Below, piece after piece: positions 48,049 to 55,975 of a DNA stretch of 64,000 nucleotides. The notes below the pieces were generated by a model. That model ran no database searches and was not told the DNA's origin. It was given only the letters and a program-made list of their open reading frames with translations. How positions within the stretch are numbered: position 1 is the first letter of the stretch; each line of letters starts with the position of its first letter. Made by a program: the position numbers and the translations under genes. The DNA comes from Calditrichia bacterium. Lineage in GTDB: Bacteria; Calditrichota; Calditrichia; RBG-13-44-9; J075. Location of the stretch: assembly GCA_050633245.1 (NCBI GenBank), contig JBOEGD010000011.1:428985-492984 (forward strand), given 5' to 3'.

Positions 48049-50409
48049 TTACCTGATGTTCAAACGTATTTTTTTTATCAATTTGTTATCGGTTTCAGTA
48101 TTAAGTGGCAGAACTTCCCAGCTTCCTGATGCGATTTTCTTTAACTCAACGCTGGTTTTTGCAGGACTGTTCAACTCAAGAAAGCGTAAGTCTAAGTCTG
48201 TGCCATTGTGAAAGAAGACAGCATAAGGTTCATCGTCCTTGTAGCTTATAGCAACCATTTCAGCATCAGTTTCTATTTCACCGAGGGTAAAAGAGGGTTG
48301 TTTTTTAACATAAAGCGTGTGTCGATAGGCTCCGGCAAAGATAACCACTTGACGGTACGGCTTGCGCTCAAACAATCTTATATCCGGAACAATCGAATCT
48401 GTCGCAGCCTGGGGATAAACAACTGTCTGAAATCGATAGTCTTCAACTCCCGCTTTCTCGAACTGCATCGAATGCGTCCAGAAATTCTGTCGCTTCGTTA
48501 ATTCCATATCAGAGGGATCGGCCTGTAAAATATGAAGTCGCTGGTTTTTAGTCGTTAACCAAGCTCGATTGTAAAGCTCGTCCAGTTGAAAATTGCCTTG
48601 CCAAATTTGCTGATATCGATGTGTTGCATCCGCTTGAAACTCGTCCAGGAAAAGCCAGCAAAAGGGTTTAAAAAATAGAATTTTTCGCTGGTACCGGACA
48701 TTTAGCGAATCATAAGCATTGTGGCTACCGGCAAAGAAGTCGAAGTTCGATCCGCTTTGCCAATCGAGAACTTCAGGCTTCGGTAGCTTGTCCCAAATGC
48801 CAAAGCCAGTTCGCGCATGGTTACTAATCCAATTTCCGCCCTGCAGCACATCATCTACCAGAGCAATGCTTTTAACCAAAGAATTCTTCATCGTACGATA
48901 CGATGGATCGTTGTAGCGAACTGCATAACTTGGCAGGATTTCCTCACCAAACGAAAAGCCGGTAACGCCAAGGATACCGCCATGCGTATGATCGGGCTTA
49001 TACTTTGCCAATCCGGCGTCAATCAGCATATAGAGATCACCTTTATCGCGTCCGCTCCTCATCACGTAGTATGCTGAAGAATCGAGTGCCGATGAGCTCG
49101 TGGGAGGCTTCGCTACTTTTTGATTTGCATAGTCCGCGATAACCGCTTCGTCAAAATACCAGGCATATTCAGCTGGCAGCTCCGGTTCACTAAAAAAACG
49201 ATATTCTGAGCTCTTGAACACCACCGCGCCAAGGCTAATAAACTGCTGCACACCTTTATCGGTAAGTTCTGCACCGTCTTGCCCACTATTCCGAGGCTTC
49301 AGTTTTTGCAAGCCATTCAGTACAGACGCAGGTGCTTGAGCATCCTGCATTACCGGGAGCTTAAAGTCTGGCCGGGCCAGTGCAACAATCGCATCGAACA
49401 TGCTGCGGAATCGCTGCACAAATAGGTCGGGAAGCTTTATGCCGTTCACCTTGGAAATCTGATAAATTCGAAAATAGTTCAAAATGTCCAGCTTGAAATA
49501 ATGCGATGCGCGCTCGAATTGAAAACCATCCGGTTTTATTTCAGTGGATATGTGCTCCATGATAACGCGCAATGCTTCCTTATTCCAATAGCGCATGACC
49601 GGCAACTCAGGATACATTGTGGACATTTCATAAAGCCCGGCTAAACCGTGTAGCTGGTGGTTTCCCCAATGAAACTTAATACAGTCATCAATTAGACGTG
49701 CTCCGTGCATGAGAAAAACGCGCAGCATATAGACACGCTTGTTCTTGATCTCTTTGCTGTTATGCATCAGTAGCTGATCGGCAAACAGCCAGTTGCGCAA
49801 GCGATGGCCTGCATAAAAGCGTTCAAATACGCTATTTCGACCGCGCTCTGTCTTCCCCGCCTGGTAATCCTGGACAAAATCTTTCATTTGCCCCTGCAAA
49901 ACATCAAGATAGACATCGTCTTTTTTTAGAAAATAGCTCAATGCAAAATCGGTCGCTCTGGCCTGACGAGCCAGATAGCGAACGGTGTTCGGCGTATGGG
50001 GGCGCCCCTGCAAATCTTTCCCGGGCTGAAGCCAATCCACATCTTTACCGTACGTAGCAACAAACTCATCCGCCCGCGCGAGAATAGCCCTTGTCTCATC
50101 CGGATAAGCATTCTTAAACGCCTTTGCCCTCTTGCGAATGTCTCTGGAGGCGAAAAAATAGTTCGGACGGGATTCAGCAAGCAAATAGGCATTTAAAGCC
50201 TTTAGCGCCGCGGTGGTGTCGCGTTTGGCCAGAACAGCTTTAACCTGCTGCATTGCATCTTCAGAAAAATCAAAGAGTGAAAAAAGCTCGCTGTCGGTAA
50301 CCAAACGATCTCTGGGCACCGTGTCTGTCTTCGAGCGCTCCTGTGCACTTGCCGTACAGATTAGGCAAATAGAGCAAATCAGAACTGAGATAAATCTTAA
50401 TGTGCGCAT
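48049..50409 (-). CDS. Heparinase II/III-like (alpha/alpha toroid + beta-sandwich) polysaccharide lyase
   Basis: Signal peptide; WGNHQ, DGFQFERASHY, YYVMRSG, PDHTHGG, GSHNAY. Confidence 0.8.
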   Translation of the reverse strand: MRTLRFISVLICSICLICTASAQERSKTDTVPRDRLVTDSELFSLFDFSEDAMQQVKAVLAKRDTTAALKALNAYLLAESRPNYFFASRDIRKRAKAFKNAYPDETRAILARADEFVATYGKDVDWLQPGKDLQGRPHTPNTVRYLARQARATDFALSYFLKKDDVYLDVLQGQMKDFVQDYQAGKTERGRNSVFERFYAGHRLRNWLFADQLLMHNSKEIKNKRVYMLRVFLMHGARLIDDCIKFHWGNHQLHGLAGLYEMSTMYPELPVMRYWNKEALRVIMEHISTEIKPDGFQFERASHYFKLDILNYFRIYQISKVNGIKLPDLFVQRFRSMFDAIVALARPDFKLPVMQDAQAPASVLNGLQKLKPRNSGQDGAELTDKGVQQFISLGAVVFKSSEYRFFSEPELPAEYAWYFDEAVIADYANQKVAKPPTSSSALDSSAYYVMRSGRDKGDLYMLIDAGLAKYKPDHTHGGILGVTGFSFGEEILPSYAVRYNDPSYRTMKNSLVKSIALVDDVLQGGNWISNHARTGFGIWDKLPKPEVLDWQSGSNFDFFAGSHNAYDSLNVRYQRKILFFKPFCWLFLDEFQADATHRYQQIWQGNFQLDELYNRAWLTTKNQRLHILQADPSDMELTKRQNFWTHSMQFEKAGVEDYRFQTVVYPQAATDSIVPDIRLFERKPYRQVVIFAGAYRHTLYVKKQPSFTLGEIETDAEMVAISYKDDEPYAVFFHNGTDLDLRFLELNSPAKTSVELKKIASGSWEVLPLNTETDNKLIKKIRLNIR

Positions 50410-50453
50410 TGAACCCGGTCTTTTAAACTGGAGGTGAATTATATATAGAGATG

Positions 50454-52361
50454 TCATTTTATCAGAAGGGCTTTTCGCGTTGCTGTCCGAATACCATCAA
50501 CCCAAAGACTGTAAAAATATATTCCTGAAGGTAGCTGATCTGCCTGCCAGAGAAAATTGTGTTGCCCGGCAGCAAGCTTTTTTGACTGTGTTTTCAGAAC
50601 AACCTGTCCACGATTATTAACAATCTTTAGAAAGGCAATCGCAGACTTCTGAATTGAGAATCGAAACGTTGTTGTCGGGTTAAAGGGGTTAGGGAAATTC
50701 TGCTGAAGTTCGAAGAATTCAGGAACATTTCCGTTTACGACAGACGGTTCAGAAAGGCCGACTAGTATGCCGCGATCTTCCAGCTGAGCCAGAAAAAGTG
50801 AGCGCGGGTTTAATCCCTCAGTATTACTTCCTTCTATATATCCGGCTGGGACGTCAAACGAACACGGTGGACGATCTCCGGTTATGGTTCCAAAACAACC
50901 AATAGCGTAATTTTGCGAAGTCGGCGGCTGCTGAACATGTATTTCACCATTATTTACATCGCAAGCCCACGCTACTGAATGCGCAGCAGACCAGCCATGA
51001 CTTGTTCCAAAATAACCGCGGTTGTAAAGACCAATCAACCGTGGGTTTACACCAGAACGCGGACCATCGAGCTCTTTATGATTATCATAAAGCAATCCCT
51101 GGCTCCAGCGGCGGTGCCCCTCACTTCCGGCATAAGACCCCGATGCAGTGCAGTCCAGGAAGACAATTCCTGAAGTATAGCTGGTACCGTTGGACATATA
51201 GCTATGCCGTCCATTCGTGGCGTGACATTGCTTAAAGAGGATTTGCTGAGAAGCCGTATACGCGTTGAAGTTATAGCGCTTACCGCCTTCAATAATTGAG
51301 GCCGGATCCAGTGCCTGACACTTTTCAATAGTTATACGCGAGGCAGTGTTAGTATAGATGCCGGACAACCCGAAGTGCAGCACCGTGCAGTTACGCACCC
51401 AGGCATCCTCCACTTGTATTAAGTAAATTCCATTCCAGGCGTGGTTTTCGTCCGTTCCGCTTGCGGCATCGATATCAATTCGCAGATTTTCAATACCAAT
51501 ATTTTTCCGAAGACTAAAGCTCCTCTCTATATAGACATACGCTTGGGAAAGACTGCGAATCAAATTAGCAAAAAGCGGAGCATCAATCGTAATCTGGTTG
51601 CCATTGACCTCTTTGATATAGCGATTATAAACAATCGGCTGACTATCCGGTTGCCACGGAATATCGCTCCCGGTAGCGCCCGGTTCATCAGAAAAGGTTC
51701 CGCCGGAATCGATAGCAGCAAGCCAAGCTGGCGTGCAAGGATGGGTAATAATAATATTGTCACCAACGCTATACGGAGACGCATCGCTGACTTCAAACTG
51801 CGTATCTCCCAGCATAACCGAGTCAGTCACAATGCTACGCTGACTACCACTCAGAGAATCGCCCCAGCTGTTTGCAACGCCTCCACCGGCTATGAGCACA
51901 TCACGCTGGGCAGGCGAATTGCCGGTTGCATTAACAACGGTATTGGTCACAGGATCTTCACCGTCTCCTTCGCCCCGCAGCACCACGCCAGACACATTCA
52001 GGCGAATGATGCCACTTACTTCATACTCTCCGGCCGTTAGCAACACCGCTCCACGAAACCCACTGCTATCCAGCGGGACAGAGTTCATTGCAATAATTGC
52101 GTTTTGAATATGTTGTGTGTTGTCTCCAGCGATCGGAGAAATAGTCATGACCACCGGAACATCAGGAATTGGCTCATTGCTATTTCGGTAGCCTGCATAG
52201 CTGAAGTCCGGAATGCGATTGCCGGTAGCATCTTTTGCATACTGCAACTTGCCCTGGGCATCATAGAATACCAGTTGAGACTGCCAGGGAGTCTGAGCGA
52301 ATATGCAGACGTTCAAAACGACAAGGAGAAAGATCAATCGTGCGAGCGCAACATTCATCAT
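50454..52361 (-). CDS. Beta-helix (pectate-lyase-like) protein with T9SS CTD
   Basis: GNRIPDFSYAGY, RGAVLLTAG, SGVVLRGEG, EGHRRWSQGLLYDN, HGWSA; CTD QNFPNPFNP. Confidence 0.75.
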   Translation of the reverse strand: MMNVALARLIFLLVVLNVCIFAQTPWQSQLVFYDAQGKLQYAKDATGNRIPDFSYAGYRNSNEPIPDVPVVMTISPIAGDNTQHIQNAIIAMNSVPLDSSGFRGAVLLTAGEYEVSGIIRLNVSGVVLRGEGDGEDPVTNTVVNATGNSPAQRDVLIAGGGVANSWGDSLSGSQRSIVTDSVMLGDTQFEVSDASPYSVGDNIIITHPCTPAWLAAIDSGGTFSDEPGATGSDIPWQPDSQPIVYNRYIKEVNGNQITIDAPLFANLIRSLSQAYVYIERSFSLRKNIGIENLRIDIDAASGTDENHAWNGIYLIQVEDAWVRNCTVLHFGLSGIYTNTASRITIEKCQALDPASIIEGGKRYNFNAYTASQQILFKQCHATNGRHSYMSNGTSYTSGIVFLDCTASGSYAGSEGHRRWSQGLLYDNHKELDGPRSGVNPRLIGLYNRGYFGTSHGWSAAHSVAWACDVNNGEIHVQQPPTSQNYAIGCFGTITGDRPPCSFDVPAGYIEGSNTEGLNPRSLFLAQLEDRGILVGLSEPSVVNGNVPEFFELQQNFPNPFNPTTTFRFSIQKSAIAFLKIVNNRGQVVLKTQSKKLAAGQHNFLWQADQLPSGIYFYSLWVDGIRTATRKALLIK

Positions 52362-52378
52362 CTAAAAAACACCTTATT

Positions 52379-53134
52379 TTATCGTGCCATCCAGCCGCCA
52401 TCGACGGTTAGAATATGACCGTTCACATAGTCAGAGGCAGCGGAAGCCAAAAAGACGACAGCGCCCTGCATATCGGTTGCTTCTCCCCAACGTGCACTGG
52501 GGATCCGTGAAAGAATAGCTGCGTTGCGTTCAGCGTTTTCGCGTAGCGCGCGTGTATTCTCCGTAACCATATAGCCTGGAGCAATAGCATTCACGCATAC
52601 TCCATGCTGTGCCCATTCATTGGCAAGTGCCTTGGTCAATTGAGCCACTGCTCCCTTACTCGCCGCATAAGATGGCACGGTAATGCCTCCGGAAAAGCTT
52701 AAGAGCGAAGCAATATTGATTATTTTTCCGTTGCCACATGAAACCATATCCCTTGCAACTGCTTGGCTTAACAGAAAGACGCTCTTCGAATTCAGATTCA
52801 TCACGTCATCCCAGTCCTGCTCCGAGAATTCAGTTGCAGGGCTTCGACGAATAGTTCCGGCATTGTTTACGAGAATGTCTATTTTGCCGAATGCCTGCTT
52901 TGCTTCCTGCACTACGGTTGCGATAAAATCCGAGCTCGTCAGATCACCAGTCACACATAGTGCCTTTCGACCAGCGTCACGCACCTGCTTAGCAACGGTA
53001 TCTCGCTCACGATGATCTACCAGCACAATATCTGCGCCGGCATTGGCGAGGCCTAGCGTCATACCAGCACCTAAGCCGGTACTTGCACCGGTAACAACAG
53101 CAACTTTTCCCGATAGGTCGAACAGTGAGCCCAA
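52379..53134 (-). CDS. kduD: 2-dehydro-3-deoxy-D-gluconate 5-dehydrogenase (SDR)
   Basis: TTG start; TGASTGLG, NNAGTIRR, IINIASLLSFSGGITVPSYAASKG, NAIAPGY, DGGWMAR. Confidence 0.88.
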   Translation of the reverse strand: MGSLFDLSGKVAVVTGASTGLGAGMTLGLANAGADIVLVDHRERDTVAKQVRDAGRKALCVTGDLTSSDFIATVVQEAKQAFGKIDILVNNAGTIRRSPATEFSEQDWDDVMNLNSKSVFLLSQAVARDMVSCGNGKIINIASLLSFSGGITVPSYAASKGAVAQLTKALANEWAQHGVCVNAIAPGYMVTENTRALRENAERNAAILSRIPSARWGEATDMQGAVVFLASAASDYVNGHILTVDGGWMAR

Positions 53135-53149
53135 AATAAAACCCCATTT

Positions 53150-55870
53150 CTATTTCAATAACATCATTTTTCTTGTCAGGCTGCGTCCGCCGACTGTCAA
53201 CGTATAAAAATATACACCGGATGCGTGGTCGCTTGACTGCCACTTCACAGAGTGAGAGCCAGACTCCATTGTCTGCTGAACCAGCGTTTCAACATGCTTG
53301 CCGTTTATGTTGTAGATTGTCAGAGCTACAGTCGATCGTTCAGACAAGGAGAACATAATGGTGGTAGTTGGGTTAAAAGGATTAGGATAGTTTTGTGAAA
53401 GCGAGAAACCATCTGGTAGCGCGGTAGTTTGCTCAACAGGATCGATTCCAACCAAATTTCCTACCCAACGTTGATCACCCAACGGAAGGCCATCATCACC
53501 AAGTCCATTAACCGGGGAGCCTGCTGCAAGCGTAAAATCTCCACCTAGTCGGTTGAGATAAAGTGGATCGAGACTAACCATACCGGCTCCGAGATTACCG
53601 CTTCTGGAAAGTGATACTGGTCCAACATTAAGTGTATCACTGTAAGAAAGCACTGTTCCGAAGCCTGCCATAATAATTGACTCCGTATTATCAGGACTAT
53701 TTGTAAACAGGCTGTTTTTTACGATTGCCAGGTCACACTCGCGCAGGTAGAGAATTCGGGATGCATCATCGCCACAGGCATCAAATGTTGCATGATCGAT
53801 TAAAATCTTGGGTCCGTCGGTAAATGGTGCAGCATCTCCTGCATAAACATAGATAGCTTCTTTGTTTGTATTCCAGAACGTGCAGTTCACGACCTCAAGT
53901 ATTTCAACATTATATTCGCCGCTATCATCGGCCTCATCCTTCGCCCGAATTCCTTCTTTGCCGCTATTTTCAAAAAGACAATTTGTAAACACTAGTGAGT
54001 CGGCAAAAGTACCGGCATACGCACGAAAGAAATTCCCGTCCGAGCCGGAGACTACATCATGGAAATAACAGTCATTCGCCCGGAGAATATATGGCGTTGT
54101 GAAAGGATTGTCGTCTGTGCGGATCAAGTATTTGGCATTGGTAGCCGTTCCTGCCATACCATCCAATTCAATGCCATCCAGATATAGTCTTCCGCCGTTT
54201 TGAATTTCGATCAGGACCCGCGTGGTCGTTGCCGCATCAATATTACGTAGGATGGGGCGCTGATTAGGATTGGCAGCTTTAATTCTTATTGTCTGAGTAA
54301 TAAAAATGGTCTGGTCAAACTCAAAAACACCGGGCATCAGTTCAAATTCATCAAACGGACCAGCTGTAGCAATAGAGTCAATGAGCGTATTCAATCCGGG
54401 GGGAACTTGTACAACATTGCGCTCAACAGGATACCAGGCTGGACCAACGTCGGCGGCCGTTAAAGGTCTATTAGTAATTGGCAAAGTCGAGGCTTCATCT
54501 GCTCCAATGTCTTTATTGGCATCACGCATTTGACCATCAACGTCAGCTGTAACCATTGGATAACTTCCAACCGCGGCATCAATCGCCGGGCTGTTGGATG
54601 CAGGGCGAAACAGACTGTCAATACCGAGTACAACCAGGGGATCGATCTCGGTAATTCCAGATTCGGATGGAATACCAAGTGGCGAGCCAAACATAATATT
54701 GCCTTCATAGAGGGTATTTTGCGGTGTATCGTTGTAGACAATCAAATTTCCTTGATTACTGTAGACCAAATTATTTGCTACGATACAATCAAGCGGAGGA
54801 AGCGACAGTTCGCCGTCTGCGCCTGATCCGAATTCTATTGGTCTGACACAATCAACAAAGGTATTAAACGACACTTCTGCGTTAATTACCTGAAAATAGC
54901 GATTTAGCGGAGAGTTCGGTACACCATTGGTAATCGAAAGGGCAGAACGAAATCCGGTTCCGTTCAGGCCCTCGAAATAGTTATTACGTACAATATGGTC
55001 GCGATCAATAATGCGTACTCCGCTTGAGCCGGACACCCCATTTCCAAGGAAAAAATTGCCCTCGATTACATTGCGTTTACCGTGGCGAAGTGTCAATTGC
55101 CCATTACATTCTTCGAAGGTGTTGTTACGATAAACATTCTCGTTCGATTTACTGGAAATAATTTCAATCTCACCATCGCATTTATAGAAATAGTTATTTT
55201 CCACAATTACTTTGGCATTCGTTCCAGACTCGCTGCTGGTACCAATTCGAATGGTTTCCCAGCCATTATCCGGGCCTGTGGGACGATTACCGAAATAATT
55301 GTTATCTATACGATGATTTGTTTCGACGCCATCGAGCCATGCAACAACCGTGACACCGGAGTGATTTTGATTCGTAAAATAGCAATGATCCACGCGATTG
55401 TTTCGTCCGTAAAGAGACACCCAGAAGTATCGCGTATTGATATTGGGAGGATTGTAGCTATCGATAACGGTATTGGTTAAGCGAGAGTTATTCGCATTAC
55501 CATTGCCACTGCGAAAACGCACAATATGGTCGCCGCTTAAGCTGCCGCCAAGGAATAACAATCCATCTACAACCAACCAATCTCCACCAATACTCAATCG
55601 CGAAGTCCCGTCGAGGATTACCAGTCCCGGAGTTTCAGCACGTATTAAAATAGGGTTGCCCGAAGCACCATCAGCACGCAAATCGATATTTGCATTCGTC
55701 CACCGACCATTTGTCATGGTAAGCGTATCGCCCGGTTGTGCCGAAGCCATTGCAGTATTAATTTCTGCAACCGAAGAAACGAAGAACTCGGTTGCTTCTG
55801 CTACTGGTGAGGTTAAAAGAAAGGCACTACAAAGGAGCAAGCTTTTTAAAGCCATTATTGAGCGGGTCAT
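53150..55870 (-). CDS. PL6 lyase + second beta-helix domain + T9SS CTD
   Basis: NGWETIRIG, EIISSKS, LTLRHG, NGVPNSPLNRY; DUF4957-like second domain; CTD QNYPNPFNP. Confidence 0.9.
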   Translation of the reverse strand: MTRSIMALKSLLLCSAFLLTSPVAEATEFFVSSVAEINTAMASAQPGDTLTMTNGRWTNANIDLRADGASGNPILIRAETPGLVILDGTSRLSIGGDWLVVDGLLFLGGSLSGDHIVRFRSGNGNANNSRLTNTVIDSYNPPNINTRYFWVSLYGRNNRVDHCYFTNQNHSGVTVVAWLDGVETNHRIDNNYFGNRPTGPDNGWETIRIGTSSESGTNAKVIVENNYFYKCDGEIEIISSKSNENVYRNNTFEECNGQLTLRHGKRNVIEGNFFLGNGVSGSSGVRIIDRDHIVRNNYFEGLNGTGFRSALSITNGVPNSPLNRYFQVINAEVSFNTFVDCVRPIEFGSGADGELSLPPLDCIVANNLVYSNQGNLIVYNDTPQNTLYEGNIMFGSPLGIPSESGITEIDPLVVLGIDSLFRPASNSPAIDAAVGSYPMVTADVDGQMRDANKDIGADEASTLPITNRPLTAADVGPAWYPVERNVVQVPPGLNTLIDSIATAGPFDEFELMPGVFEFDQTIFITQTIRIKAANPNQRPILRNIDAATTTRVLIEIQNGGRLYLDGIELDGMAGTATNAKYLIRTDDNPFTTPYILRANDCYFHDVVSGSDGNFFRAYAGTFADSLVFTNCLFENSGKEGIRAKDEADDSGEYNVEILEVVNCTFWNTNKEAIYVYAGDAAPFTDGPKILIDHATFDACGDDASRILYLRECDLAIVKNSLFTNSPDNTESIIMAGFGTVLSYSDTLNVGPVSLSRSGNLGAGMVSLDPLYLNRLGGDFTLAAGSPVNGLGDDGLPLGDQRWVGNLVGIDPVEQTTALPDGFSLSQNYPNPFNPTTTIMFSLSERSTVALTIYNINGKHVETLVQQTMESGSHSVKWQSSDHASGVYFYTLTVGGRSLTRKMMLLK

Positions 55871-55909
55871 GCTTATCCTTAGTTTATAAATTACAAATTT
55901 TTGTAGGTT

Positions 55910-55944
55910 AAAACACCCAGGCGACCATGCGGGATCGCCCGGGC
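55910..55944 (-). terminator. Intra-locus Rho-independent terminator/stability hairpin
   Basis: Minus strand GCCCGGGCGATC-CCGCAT-GGTCGCCTGGGT-GTTTT; preceded by a small hairpin AGAGCAG...CTGCTCC. Confidence 0.7.
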
Positions 55945-55975
55945 AAACAAGGAGCAGATTACCCTGCTCTGGAAG

